From an uncultured Gammaproteobacteria bacterium (GTDB lineage: Bacteria > Patescibacteriota > Microgenomatia > Levybacterales > UBA12049): DNA of 64,000 bases. The translations under genes were made by a program, and so were the position numbers. The stretch is taken from assembly GCA_964364105.1 (NCBI GenBank), contig CAYILI010000001.1, positions 14,465-78,464 on the forward strand, in the 5' to 3' direction. The stretch's first letter is position 1; each line of letters opens with the position of its first letter. Shown piece after piece: positions 37,240-47,795 of this stretch. Below the pieces are notes generated by a model. The model did not search any database, was not told where the DNA came from, and saw only the letters and a list, made by a program, of their open reading frames with translations.

Positions 37240-38252
37240 CCAAATATAAAAAGGGCGTAAACTAATTCATTAGCAATTTTCTGCACACTATTAAAACCAA
37301 ATGGAATTATAGCAATCCAAAAAATTACAATAATTAAACTTACTTTAAATGAAACAATACTCTTTAATTTGAAATAATAAACAAAACAAGTCCAGGAAAA
37401 TAAAACAATCATGAACTCATTTAGAATCAGATTTTTTGGCGAAATAATTATTAAAAGAATTATAAAAATATATATCTTTAAATATTTTCTTTTAAATGGC
37501 ACAACTATATGCTTTGCATTTATTGGAAAACGTTTAAAAAATAAGAATAAAATAAATGGCACAACTATATGCTTTGCATTTATTGGAAAACGTTTAAAAA
37601 ATAAGAATAAAATAGAATATAAAATCAGTGGAATAAGATAAATTGAAGATTTAATCAATAATTCTAAATCAGTAATTAACCCAAAAATCTTATTTGAAGC
37701 AAATTCTATTGTTTTTAACCCTCTTCCCATTATTTCAGATTTTGAATATTGATAACCTGTAATAAACACTAAAGGTGATTTTAATTTTATAGGATTATTA
37801 CTATCGCCTCTTGTAGAAGATAACTCAAACTGATAAATTTTATTTTTGGAATTAGAAATTACCGGAATTCCAAATGGAAAATGTGACTGGCTATCAAAAA
37901 GAAATGAGGAATATTCCATCTTGTAGTCCCAATCAATTCTACCTTTCTCTTTAAACTTAAAAATTAATATATCTTCGTTTCCAGCTTTTTGTCTCTTGTA
38001 ATCGTCGATGCTTATAATCAAAATTCCCAAGTTATTATCTTTTGCTTTAAACTCCCACTTGTAAGTCTTATTCTTAGATAAATTAAATTCATTATTACTA
38101 GAATTTACTAAATTTTTCGTTTGATAAGTTAATACAGAAAAGCTAACCCTATTCAACAATAAAACTGATGCAATAAGCCAGAATAATATTAATAAGGGAA
38201 ATATAACCAACGCTAAATTACTTAGAAAATTATTTTTTATCTTTATCTTCAT
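37188..38252 (-). CDS. Membrane protein, paralog A of 41745-42815. Contains a perfect 60-bp tandem duplication.
   Basis: N-terminal TM, an extracytoplasmic domain (LGILIISIDDYKRQKAGNEDILIFKFKE...FPFGIPVI) and a C-terminal multi-TM region. Homologous along its length to 41745-42815. Confidence 0.4.
   Translation of the reverse strand: MKIKIKNNFLSNLALVIFPLLILFWLIASVLLLNRVSFSVLTYQTKNLVNSSNNEFNLSKNKTYKWEFKAKDNNLGILIISIDDYKRQKAGNEDILIFKFKEKGRIDWDYKMEYSSFLFDSQSHFPFGIPVISNSKNKIYQFELSSTRGDSNNPIKLKSPLVFITGYQYSKSEIMGRGLKTIEFASNKIFGLITDLELLIKSSIYLIPLILYSILFLFFKRFPINAKHIVVPFILFLFFKRFPINAKHIVVPFKRKYLKIYIFIILLIIISPKNLILNEFMIVLFSWTCFVYYFKLKSIVSFKVSLIIVIFWIAIIPFGFNSVQKIANELVYALFIFGCLQLLYEQVKSIKKIG
37495..37614. 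repeat. Perfect 2 x 60-bp tandem duplication inside a CDS (in frame, duplicating 20 aa: LFLFFKRFPINAKHIVVPFI)
   Basis: aatggcacaactatatgctttgcatttattggaaaacgtttaaaaaataagaataaaata occurs twice consecutively with 100% identity. Confidence 0.9.
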
Positions 38253-40600
38253 TTTCTCTTACTTAAGATGATAGCAATTAAAATCAAAAATACAATTATG
38301 GTTATCGTTATTCCTATATAAAAATAAACTTGAGATTTATAATAAAGGACTAATTCTAAATCAATTGAACCATCTTCATTAATTTCATAATAATCTTTAC
38401 TTAAGTTATTTATTATCCAATCAAAATCAATTGTCCATTTGTTTGAAAAATTATTATTCACAACATGAGAGGACCTAAATAAATCTTTTGACCAAAGATA
38501 ATTTAGATCTCCTAATTCAAAAAATATTATTTCCGGGGCGCATTCGACAGTTTTAAGATTGTCTAATCTCCTGGGACTATTGCATGTAAAATTATTAGTT
38601 AGATGACTTGGATAAAGTTCCCATTGCTCATGAAATGAATCATTAAATAAAATTTCTTGATCTTGTTTAATATTTTCGATTCTTATTTTGTATTTGACCC
38701 TATTTAATTTTTTATATGTTGTGTTATGAGACGTGATTATAAAATTTTGTCTTTTTGTACTATAAAGTTCATAATTGCCCTCTGAACTCGAAATAATTTT
38801 CTCATTAGTAATATTTGAAATAAATTTGCTATCTTGAGCACTAATCGCATCTGGTAAATATAAAACTGATTTTTTTATTTCTTCTGGGATATTTTTCGTT
38901 AATAATACGTAATTTATATTATCTATAAACAAAACATTATTTAACGTATTGTAATCTCTATTAATTATTGAATTTTCTACTATCTTAGCTTGTGGAGAAA
39001 AATTAAATGAAAGATTGCCGGATATATCGTTTACGCCACTAAAAATTACCACAGGAGATACTCCAGCATATACATTATCTGAATCTACATCCTTAATAAT
39101 TGTATATAAAGCAATTCCATATGGAATACTAAGTATATTATTCGTCGAAGGAACAGTTTCTTTAATATCAGTCATAAAATCTAAATACTCGTCAGGAATA
39201 GTAATATTTTTATATATGTTTTCAGATGCAGCATACAAAGGTGAGATTATTATTTTCTTAATCGGAAGAATATTTACAACAATTGTCACTAAAAAAAGAA
39301 AATATACAACTAAGACTAGTTTATTTTTCGATTTATACTTCCGTCTAAATATAACAAGAGAACATGTAATTAAAAGTGAATAAATCAGCACATATCCCAT
39401 TGCAAATTTATCCACAGGAATTCTAAACATAACAAATCCAGGAATATGACCGAAAAGAATATATAAATTAAGAAGTGGTCCAATGTTTACCGTAAAAAAA
39501 TAAATTGAGAGAGAAAAAGCAATTAGAATAATGATAAATATTTTTTTCTCCCAAATGTTGGTATATTTTTTGAAATTAAAAATTCCTAAGAAAACAATTA
39601 CAGGATAAAGCAAATTTATAAAATAAGTTTTATCATAAAAGGATTCATATATATTCTTTAAATTCCATCCGAAATCAAAAGCAATTTGTCTAGGATAAAG
39701 GTTTAATAATGGGTAGATAATACTCCCCCTTGAAGTTGCAAGTACAGATCGCGAGAAATCCTCAGCCATGCTCTCAGATAATACTTTTGCAGTAAAATTA
39801 CTCGAGCTTGGAACTATGAGATTCATCAAGAAAACAAATAACCAAAAAGACTGAGATAGTAAAATAATTGAAAAAAATAGAATAAATCTTTTTATAAATA
39901 AATAAATATTTTGTTTTTTAAATAAACATGAACTTATAATTAGCGATATAGATATAGGTAAAATAAATCCCATAGCCCATGGAGAATTATGAGCTCCGAA
40001 AGAAAAAACTGTGACAAGAATTGCTGCTTTAAAAATATTGCTAATTCTTCCCGATTTAACAAATCTTAAAAAATAATAACAAACTGCGGGAATTAAACCT
40101 ATCAACCAAATCGGTATTAAAGGATTAACAAAATGATTATTAATTAAAATCGGAGAAAATATATAGAAAAGTGAGCCTAAGATTGCCTCAGATTTATATT
40201 TATAAGAATCAATAATAATTAATTCTTTTACAAATAATTGAAAATAGACAAGCCCGAAGATAAAAGGAAGTGAAAAAGAAAAATACCCCAAGACTATTTT
40301 TGATTTAATTATTTCTGCTAGAATGGTCCAGATGAAAACAAATGGAATGAATGATTGATATGAAAAATTCCACCCCACAGATGATAAATTAATCCAAGAA
40401 AAAAACTGTGTATTTATTAAATACTCTTTTGGATATACATAAAATAATCTTGTGTCGTCTCCCCCCAAAGAAATCTTTCCCTCAAACAAAAAATAAGGAA
40501 ACAATAATAAGAAAATGACAACTATTACATTTAAACTTTGGGAATAGTGATTTTTAAAAAATACGAATAAATTATTTATAATATGATTAATTCTTGTCAT
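38249..40600 (-). CDS. Large polytopic GT-C-like membrane protein (783 aa), paralog A of 42808-45078
   Basis: LFEGKISLGGDDTRLFYVYP motif shared with the paralog (LFDGRLFLGGDDTRFYYYYP). More than 12 TM helices plus a C-terminal soluble domain and a terminal TM. Confidence 0.45.
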   Translation of the reverse strand: MTRINHIINNLFVFFKNHYSQSLNVIVVIFLLLFPYFLFEGKISLGGDDTRLFYVYPKEYLINTQFFSWINLSSVGWNFSYQSFIPFVFIWTILAEIIKSKIVLGYFSFSLPFIFGLVYFQLFVKELIIIDSYKYKSEAILGSLFYIFSPILINNHFVNPLIPIWLIGLIPAVCYYFLRFVKSGRISNIFKAAILVTVFSFGAHNSPWAMGFILPISISLIISSCLFKKQNIYLFIKRFILFFSIILLSQSFWLFVFLMNLIVPSSSNFTAKVLSESMAEDFSRSVLATSRGSIIYPLLNLYPRQIAFDFGWNLKNIYESFYDKTYFINLLYPVIVFLGIFNFKKYTNIWEKKIFIIILIAFSLSIYFFTVNIGPLLNLYILFGHIPGFVMFRIPVDKFAMGYVLIYSLLITCSLVIFRRKYKSKNKLVLVVYFLFLVTIVVNILPIKKIIISPLYAASENIYKNITIPDEYLDFMTDIKETVPSTNNILSIPYGIALYTIIKDVDSDNVYAGVSPVVIFSGVNDISGNLSFNFSPQAKIVENSIINRDYNTLNNVLFIDNINYVLLTKNIPEEIKKSVLYLPDAISAQDSKFISNITNEKIISSSEGNYELYSTKRQNFIITSHNTTYKKLNRVKYKIRIENIKQDQEILFNDSFHEQWELYPSHLTNNFTCNSPRRLDNLKTVECAPEIIFFELGDLNYLWSKDLFRSSHVVNNNFSNKWTIDFDWIINNLSKDYYEINEDGSIDLELVLYYKSQVYFYIGITITIIVFLILIAIILSKRK

Positions 40601-40682
40601 TAACCCAAATCACTATATCAGTAAGTTATTTTTTTGTAAACCTTAAAATAGCCGCATATCAATTGAGTCTTAATACAATTTA

Positions 40683-40712
40683 TTGTTACACTGTATTTAG
40701 TGATGATATAAT
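40683..40712 (+). promoter_or_regulatory. Candidate sigma70 promoter for the SGNH hydrolase gene (TTGTTA-18 nt-TATAAT)
   Basis: -35 at 40683-40688 and -10 at 40707-40712, about 17 nt upstream of the ATG at 40729. Confidence 0.35.
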
Positions 40713-40728
40713 TAACAACATATAAAAT

Positions 40729-41715
40729 ATGGAAAATATTACGGGTTTAAGGAAAGTCTTTTTTTTATTTTTAGTTTTAATAATTTTTTTCCTAACCATC
40801 TATTTAGTTAAAAGTGACTCGAATAAAAATATTCTTGGTGACACTAACATAAACACTGGCAATGGGTGGAAAAATTATCAAAGTTATTACTCAGGAAGTG
40901 AGATTAGTTTTAGCTTCAAAAATAGCAATGAGATTTCATTTACCGTTGAAACAGATTCAAATTCAGATCAGGGTATTGAAATCTTTATTGATAACGAAAA
41001 ATATATTCTTTCATCTCCAAATTTAAATAATCAAAAACTTTCAATAACTGTGGACAAAAATAAACCCCACACAGTTGCAATTCGACATTTTTGTAGCTTC
41101 TTCAATAACCCATGTCAAATTAAATTATCGGGTATATTTCTTGAATCAAGTGCAGTTATTACGCCATACCAAAAACACAGCAAGGTTCTCTCTGTACTTG
41201 GCGATTCTATTTCAACGATTTACGGGAGATATAATTATTCTCAAATTTTAGCCGATAATCTAGGCTATGAACTTCATAATGCAAGCATCATGGGTTCAAC
41301 ATTATCCAATACGGAAAGGGCTGATGATGGAATTGATCGCTATAAAAAGGACCTTATGCAATCAAATTCCGATGCAATAATAATTTTTATGGGTTCTAAC
41401 GATATTAAAGGAGGAATCAGTCTATCTGACTTCAGTAAAGATTATTCAAAGATTGTTACTGATGTTAAAACTTTTAATTCAAAAAGCAAAATATTTTTAG
41501 TAGGAATTTTGCATAGAAAAGACTTAAATGACGCCATTATTTATAAGTATAACGAAATTATTAAAGACATTGCGAAAATTAATAAGGCTTATTATATTGA
41601 TACCAACAGTTGGCTTGAAGAGAATGATTACGCCGATGAAATTCATCCCTCTATTGAAGGTCAGAAAAAAATATTAGATAATTTTGGAAATTTTTTATAT
41701 CCAATATTAAAATGA
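40729..41715 (+). CDS. Secreted/membrane-anchored SGNH (GDSL-like) hydrolase with an N-terminal accessory domain. Probable glycan O-acetyl esterase.
   Basis: Block I VLGDSIS, block III MGSNDI, block V DEIHPS. N-terminal TM/signal. Confidence 0.65.
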   Translation: MENITGLRKVFFLFLVLIIFFLTIYLVKSDSNKNILGDTNINTGNGWKNYQSYYSGSEISFSFKNSNEISFTVETDSNSDQGIEIFIDNEKYILSSPNLNNQKLSITVDKNKPHTVAIRHFCSFFNNPCQIKLSGIFLESSAVITPYQKHSKVLSVLGDSISTIYGRYNYSQILADNLGYELHNASIMGSTLSNTERADDGIDRYKKDLMQSNSDAIIIFMGSNDIKGGISLSDFSKDYSKIVTDVKTFNSKSKIFLVGILHRKDLNDAIIYKYNEIIKDIAKINKAYYIDTNSWLEENDYADEIHPSIEGQKKILDNFGNFLYPILK

Positions 41716-41744
41716 ATATTTAATTTCTGAGTATATAAATATAA

Positions 41745-42815
41745 TTATTTCTTTCTTTTATTTTTTTTAAATTCTAACAAATCCTGAAATAAGCCAATTA
41801 ATAAAATCATGTATCCAAATGCTGACACATCATCAACAAATAGGCTCCAATTAAAATATGTAGCAATTACTGATATACAAATTATCACAAGCGCCAATAA
41901 ATAAGTTATCTTTGAACTAAATTTATTTATATATACTGCTATAATCCATAACCCTAATAAACCTAGTGTTAATCCAGTTGTAATTATATCAATGGCAAAT
42001 AAATAAACTAATATCAGCGTTAAACACAATAAAGCGTAAGAATATTTTTTCTTGCTCAAGAATTGCTCTTTCAATCGTTTAATGACCCCAGAAACAAGCT
42101 TATTTTTTTTTATAAAACTAGATAATGTATTTTCCTGAACAAAAATAATATATACAATGTAAAAAATAAAAGGCAATAAAAAGAACGAACTGTCAAGCAA
42201 ATAATCTTTATTTGTAAAAATCGCTATGATCTTGCTGATAGTAAAGTCGACGAATTCATTTTTTTCTTTTAAAATTTCTCCTTTGCTGAATTTGTATTTG
42301 GTTGTGAATTTTAAATTCGAACCATGTATTTGTATAGCATTAGATGGATCTCCATTTAGTGAAGAGATTTCAAACACATAACTTTTATCTTTAGAATCTT
42401 CAATTATTCCAAATCCAAAAGGAAAATACGAATCAGGCTTCATTTGTCCTGATCTATACTTATTTGTATAAAGCCACTCATCCATACCCTCTTCTTTAAT
42501 CCTAAATATCAAAATATCCTCTTGCTTATAGTCAACCCTTGTTACATCCTCGATCTTAACTGTTACTATTCCTAAATTGTTTTTCTTTGCTAAAAATTTA
42601 CCACTAATTTTCTCATTTTTTAAAATTTTACCATCAATAGGATTCTTTGCAATTTCTTGGCTATGTAAATACTCTAATACAGAGGGACTCTCATACGATC
42701 CGTTAATTAGAGATGGGAAGAACCATAAAAACAATAGAAGAAATGGAATAAGTATCCACTTAACTAGCTTAAACGATATAATTACTTTAAATGATTTTGA
42801 AAGATTTTTATGCAT
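41745..42815 (-). CDS. Membrane protein, paralog B of 37188-38252
   Basis: LGIVTVKIEDVTRVDYKQEDILIFRIKEEG...FPFGFGII, collinear with the paralog A partner. Confidence 0.4.
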   Translation of the reverse strand: MHKNLSKSFKVIISFKLVKWILIPFLLLFLWFFPSLINGSYESPSVLEYLHSQEIAKNPIDGKILKNEKISGKFLAKKNNLGIVTVKIEDVTRVDYKQEDILIFRIKEEGMDEWLYTNKYRSGQMKPDSYFPFGFGIIEDSKDKSYVFEISSLNGDPSNAIQIHGSNLKFTTKYKFSKGEILKEKNEFVDFTISKIIAIFTNKDYLLDSSFFLLPFIFYIVYIIFVQENTLSSFIKKNKLVSGVIKRLKEQFLSKKKYSYALLCLTLILVYLFAIDIITTGLTLGLLGLWIIAVYINKFSSKITYLLALVIICISVIATYFNWSLFVDDVSAFGYMILLIGLFQDLLEFKKNKRKK

Positions 42816-45078
42816 TTTTATTTTTCTTAATCTTTTTGATTAAAACAAATGTAAAAATTAGAAAAAACACAGATAGCATCACCCCTAAATAAAAGTATAC
42901 CTGAGGAAGAAAATATAATGTTAAAACAATGTCAATATCTCCATTCTTATTTTCTACAAAATAAGAATTTTGTAATTTACTTTTAACTTCATCTTCACTT
43001 ATTATCCATTCATTACCATATACTTTAATCGGCCTATGAGACTCATCAAATATTGGCTTCTTAAATAGATATAAAATATCACCAATATTGCTAGACATTG
43101 TGTTTTCGTAAGTTTTATCCCCTGAAAAAATCTTCCATCCTGAATTGTAAGTTTCATGAAAGTATAGAAATTCTTGTTGATTTAAATTTTTTATTGTGAC
43201 TTTATATTTAACTGGACTTATCTTTTCATATGATACATTTCCTGTTGAATCGATAACCTCTGGAGAGTTCTTTAATTTATATATTACATATTTTCCTGAA
43301 TCACTTTGAACTAACTCCCGGTCTGAGATTGACCTGATTAATTCATCATCTTGAAATTTCAAATAATCATGATCAAATAAATACGATTTCTTGACTTCCT
43401 TAGGAATGTTTTTTGTCACCATGACATAACCTACATTAACTTGTTCGAGAACATTTAAAAGCTTGTTGTAGTCTCTTTTCGTCACTGATTCAACAACTAA
43501 ATTAGAGATGCTGCTAGGATACGAGGCGGTTCCGCTCAGGTCATTCACGCCTGTTAAAAATTTGAATGGGGATGTTCCTACATATGCATTTTTCCCATTT
43601 TCTTCTGTTATTATTGCGTAAGATGCAATATTTTGCGGAAATCCAATCACATTCTCAGTCTTAGGTAACTTGTTACCTGTTTCTCTTGCAAAAGATAAAT
43701 ATTCATCAGGAAAATGAACAGTTTGATAAATATTGTTAGTTCTCCAAACTGGCCTATTAATTACTTGTTTTACGGGAATAAAATTAATTATAACCACTAA
43801 AATAACTAAAGCTAAAAAAAGAGAATAAAATCTGAAAAATTTCTTTATTACAAATAAACATTGTGTCAGGAAAATTGCGTAAATAAAAATGTAACCTAAT
43901 GAAAATTTATCAATAAAATTTCTAAATACAGAAAACCCTGGGATGTTACCAAGAAATAAAAAAATGTTTTTCAGTACTCCTACATTAATAGTAAAGAAAT
44001 AAAGTGCTGCTAAAAATGCTATAAAGAAAAATATAAACTTATTTTTCTCATCCTTCTTTAATACTTGTTTGTATTTAACTAGCCCCAAGAACAAAACTAC
44101 AACAAAAACTAAGCTGAGAGGCAGAACATAATCATAATAATTAAGAAAGACATTTTTTAATTGACCATCGAAATCAAACAAAATCTGTCTATGATAAAAA
44201 GTTAAGAGAGGATTAATGATATTTCCAGTTGCAATAGAAAGAACTGTGGGCGCAAAGCTATCAACAATTTCCTTAGAAACCGGCCTTACGCCAAGACCAC
44301 CATCACCTACATTTCTTAAAGACATCACGAATGGGAATAACCAAAATAATTGACTAGAGAAAATAGAAAAAATAAAAATTGAAGTCTTTCTTGCTCTGTT
44401 TTTAAGTGGATTTTTAATAAAAACGAGGAAAATAATAAAAGCACTCAATAAAGGTAATAATAATCCTGCTATCCATACAACCGCATAAAATGCTAATGAA
44501 AGAAATATGCACCAGAGCACAACTTTAAAAACATCTTGGGTCTCACCTCTATGAAGGAAGCATAAGTAATAGTAGAAAATGATCGGCACCAAACATACTA
44601 ACCAAACAGGGCTTAAAAAATAAGCAAGATGACTTGCGGCAATTATAGGCGAGAATATATAAAACACAGCCCCTACTATGGAAATTAAATATTCCTTACC
44701 AATAATCTCTCTAACCAATTTTTGGAAATAAATAAAACCTAAAACCAAAACCATTGAAAATGATGAATAAGAAAGTATGATTTTTGAATTTAATAAATTA
44801 TCAAAAAACGCAGAAGCAAGTAAAAAGGGGATGTACTGATGATTTGGAATATATAGCGGAAGCGATGAGATATTATTCCAGGAAAATAAGGACAAACTTT
44901 TTAACAAGGCTGATGGATAATAATAATAAAATCTAGTGTCGTCCCCTCCCAAAAAAAGCCTACCGTCGAACAAATAATAAGGAAGATATATTAGATATCC
45001 AACAATAATTGAATTTATTATTACAATTGCTACAAAGTAAGCTTTTTTACTATTAAATAAGTTAAGATTAAACCCCAT
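42808..45078 (-). CDS. Large polytopic GT-C-like membrane protein (756 aa), paralog B
   Basis: GGDDTRFYYYYP motif and global collinearity with 38249-40600. Confidence 0.45.
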   Translation of the reverse strand: MGFNLNLFNSKKAYFVAIVIINSIIVGYLIYLPYYLFDGRLFLGGDDTRFYYYYPSALLKSLSLFSWNNISSLPLYIPNHQYIPFLLASAFFDNLLNSKIILSYSSFSMVLVLGFIYFQKLVREIIGKEYLISIVGAVFYIFSPIIAASHLAYFLSPVWLVCLVPIIFYYYLCFLHRGETQDVFKVVLWCIFLSLAFYAVVWIAGLLLPLLSAFIIFLVFIKNPLKNRARKTSIFIFSIFSSQLFWLFPFVMSLRNVGDGGLGVRPVSKEIVDSFAPTVLSIATGNIINPLLTFYHRQILFDFDGQLKNVFLNYYDYVLPLSLVFVVVLFLGLVKYKQVLKKDEKNKFIFFFIAFLAALYFFTINVGVLKNIFLFLGNIPGFSVFRNFIDKFSLGYIFIYAIFLTQCLFVIKKFFRFYSLFLALVILVVIINFIPVKQVINRPVWRTNNIYQTVHFPDEYLSFARETGNKLPKTENVIGFPQNIASYAIITEENGKNAYVGTSPFKFLTGVNDLSGTASYPSSISNLVVESVTKRDYNKLLNVLEQVNVGYVMVTKNIPKEVKKSYLFDHDYLKFQDDELIRSISDRELVQSDSGKYVIYKLKNSPEVIDSTGNVSYEKISPVKYKVTIKNLNQQEFLYFHETYNSGWKIFSGDKTYENTMSSNIGDILYLFKKPIFDESHRPIKVYGNEWIISEDEVKSKLQNSYFVENKNGDIDIVLTLYFLPQVYFYLGVMLSVFFLIFTFVLIKKIKKNKNA

Positions 45079-45113
45079 AAATTAATTTTTGCTTTGTAAA
45101 ACTTGCGAAGTAT

Positions 45114-45719
45114 TTAGATTTGCTTTATTACTTTTGCCGGGTTTCCAACTGCAATTGAATTGCTTGGTATATTCTTCGTAACTATCGAACCTGCACCAAT
45201 TACTACTCTATCTCCTATTACTACGCCTGGCAATACCACAGAGTGCGTACCAATCCACACATCTTCTCCGATTGACACTGGACTAGTTTCATATCCTTGC
45301 TTATCGATAGGAAGAGATTTATTTTGAAATTTATGATTAAAATCAGTAACAAAACAAAAAGCAGCAATCTTAGTATTTCTACCGATTGAAATAGATTCGT
45401 GAGCCATTATAAAAGTATTATCATCAATTAATGAATTTTCCCCTATAAATATTTTTCCGTTATCCCCGCAGGTTATCCTTGTCTCTTTACCAAGTATCGT
45501 ATGATTTGAAATTTCAACAGCGTGTTTAGTGCTTTGAAAAAAATGATTATGCCCTCTTAAAACCACAGACTTACTTATTTTGTAACCCCTAATATTCAGA
45601 AAGAAAATCTTAATCAAGGAACAAATATGAAGCAAAATATGCTTAATGATCTGAACCGTTGTTTCAGCAGATCCTCTTTTTTTAAATGATTTTAAAATTA
45701 AATTAAGATTTTTCAACAT
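45114..45719 (-). CDS. Hexapeptide-repeat acetyltransferase (maltose/galactoside O-acetyltransferase-like)
   Basis: IGENSLIDDNTFIMAHESISIGRNTKIAAFCFV...VWIGTHSVVLPGVVIGDRVVIGAGSIV. Confidence 0.75.
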   Translation of the reverse strand: MLKNLNLILKSFKKRGSAETTVQIIKHILLHICSLIKIFFLNIRGYKISKSVVLRGHNHFFQSTKHAVEISNHTILGKETRITCGDNGKIFIGENSLIDDNTFIMAHESISIGRNTKIAAFCFVTDFNHKFQNKSLPIDKQGYETSPVSIGEDVWIGTHSVVLPGVVIGDRVVIGAGSIVTKNIPSNSIAVGNPAKVIKQI

Positions 45720-45728
45720 ACTTACTAT

Positions 45729-47003
45729 TTATTTTCTCTTATTCATTTGTCTAAAGGCACCTGCAAATGAATTTTCCCATGTATTATGCTTTGCAAATTC
45801 CATAGCATTTTTTCTAAGCCTCAAGTAAAGTTTTTTATCTGAGAATATATTCATAACAGCATCTGCAAAACTTTTCGGATCATCATGCACCCTCAAGGCA
45901 GCTCCTCTATCTGCCGCATCAATACCCAATGGTGGAACTTGTGAACTAACAATAGAAATTCCAGCCGCCGCATATACACGAATTTTACCAGCATCCGCAT
46001 AATATCTCAGAGACCCAGGTATATCCCTATAAGGAGCTAATCCTACAGTACAATTTTTAATTAGATCAGACATATCTGAACTCTTTTCAACAAAACCATG
46101 CACATAAACAGACTCTTTAAGTCCTTTTTTTTGAACAATTTTCCTAAGCCATTCAAAATCTTGCTCTGTGCCACCTATCATATGCAATTTAGCATCTGGG
46201 AATTTTTTTAACACCAAATCCAGTGCTAAAATTGCTACATCAGGACCATTCTCGCGTCCTAAAGTTCCCATATATACCATTGAATGATTTTCAATTTTCG
46301 AGACGGGATTTGCCTTAATTTGATCTGGATACAAACCATTCGGTACGTGTATGACTGATGCAGATTTATTTGAATTAAGACCAACACTTATTCTTGCTGG
46401 TTGCATTGCCTTAGAAACATCCCAAATGTAATCAGCGTGCATCGCACAAAAACGATCCAGCAAAAGATATACAGTATTAAACCATTTACTTGGGTATCTA
46501 TTTGGGGAATAATCTGAAACGTAATAAACTACAACTTTAACACGCCGAATTTTTCTCAAAAAAATAGCAGCCAGCGTATTTATACTTTCGAGACATATAC
46601 AATAATCAAATGAAGTCTTATCTCTTAATGACCAATCAATTACTGAGAGGAAATCTCTAATTTTAAATATTGGCTGAGTAGTACTCTTATTAAACTTATT
46701 AAGGAGTGGCTTCAGTAAATATAAAATTTTAGAACTTTTATAAGATTTAAAGTTCTTATTATTCCTAGAATAGACTTCTATCTTAGGCATGACTTCATCG
46801 CTTCCCGGATGAGCCTGATCAATAAGGACAAACTTCTTTACTCGTGGTACAAGAAAATCTCTCATAGGCTCAATACTTCCATTAGTGGGCATACGACTAC
46901 CATTAATCCATTTGGAGAAGCTAACAAAAAGAACGGTTTTATCTTCTAATAATTCACCAATCTCTTTTTTAGCCATTTTTAAGTTTTTTTCTAGCTTCGG
47001 CAA
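45729..47003 (-). CDS. GT-B glycosyltransferase (GT4/GT1-like)
   Basis: C-terminal Rossmann half with HMIGGTEQDFEWLRKIV...HGFVE pattern. Confidence 0.5.
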   Translation of the reverse strand: MPKLEKNLKMAKKEIGELLEDKTVLFVSFSKWINGSRMPTNGSIEPMRDFLVPRVKKFVLIDQAHPGSDEVMPKIEVYSRNNKNFKSYKSSKILYLLKPLLNKFNKSTTQPIFKIRDFLSVIDWSLRDKTSFDYCICLESINTLAAIFLRKIRRVKVVVYYVSDYSPNRYPSKWFNTVYLLLDRFCAMHADYIWDVSKAMQPARISVGLNSNKSASVIHVPNGLYPDQIKANPVSKIENHSMVYMGTLGRENGPDVAILALDLVLKKFPDAKLHMIGGTEQDFEWLRKIVQKKGLKESVYVHGFVEKSSDMSDLIKNCTVGLAPYRDIPGSLRYYADAGKIRVYAAAGISIVSSQVPPLGIDAADRGAALRVHDDPKSFADAVMNIFSDKKLYLRLRKNAMEFAKHNTWENSFAGAFRQMNKRK

Positions 47004-47781
47004 TCATCTGCTCTAACCCTTCCTCCAACGACACCTGAGGCAACCAACCAGGTATCCTTCCCATATTATCTGAGGGGAGCGGATCTCTTCCTTTAAGTTT
47101 TCCGGGGTAGCACTTAGCTCCTGTCATTTTAGATATCATTGTAGCTATATCGATTATCCTTACCCATTCATAACTGCTTGCATCATATACAGTTTTTCTT
47201 AAATTATTTGAATTTAAAGCCAAATAAAACGCGCTACTCAGATCATTTATATGGGTGAACTGCCTCCACTCTTCACCATTTGTCATCATTTCTATCTTTT
47301 TTGTTTTAAGTGCCTGATATATAAAGTCTGATATAACATGACTTTTTACACTCTCTTCCTCCATAACTCCATACGCATTCCAAACCCTCACGCATTTTCC
47401 TCCCAACTGATCCGTCCATACTTCACCTAGTCTTTTGGTAACTCCATAAACAGTATCCACCTCTTCTGATAACTGACTTGAAATAAACAGAAAATCTTTC
47501 TTTCCATGAAGCTGATCAAATACATTCCTCATGAGGTCCAAATTCCATTTAAGCTGTGACATCTGTCGATTTGGGTCATATAAATATTTTGATCCCCCTA
47601 CATCCCATGCTAAAAAATATATTTTGTCTACTTCATTAAAACTGAATTTATAAGTTCTCCCGTCCTCGTTTTTACTTCTTTTAATATCGAAACGTATTAC
47701 TTTTTCTCCTTTGTCTTCAAGAAATTTTGAGAATGGTTTTCCAATAAAACCCTCAGATCCAATAACTAAATTTTTTGTCAT
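46969..47781 (-). CDS. Short NAD(P)-dependent epimerase/reductase (SDR superfamily, 270 aa)
   Basis: N-terminal VIGSEGFIGKPF Rossmann motif. YGVTK (YxxxK). Confidence 0.5.
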   Translation of the reverse strand: MTKNLVIGSEGFIGKPFSKFLEDKGEKVIRFDIKRSKNEDGRTYKFSFNEVDKIYFLAWDVGGSKYLYDPNRQMSQLKWNLDLMRNVFDQLHGKKDFLFISSQLSEEVDTVYGVTKRLGEVWTDQLGGKCVRVWNAYGVMEEESVKSHVISDFIYQALKTKKIEMMTNGEEWRQFTHINDLSSAFYLALNSNNLRKTVYDASSYEWVRIIDIATMISKMTGAKCYPGKLKGRDPLPSDNMGRIPGWLPQVSLEEGLEQMIAEARKKLKNG

Positions 47782-47795
47782 AATTTCAATTAGTT

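Noticed and set aside
37495-37614. Considered whether the exact 60-bp repeats could be a CRISPR-like array.
   Set aside because: There are only two units, directly adjacent with no spacers, inside an open reading frame, and no cas genes are nearby. It is a tandem duplication.
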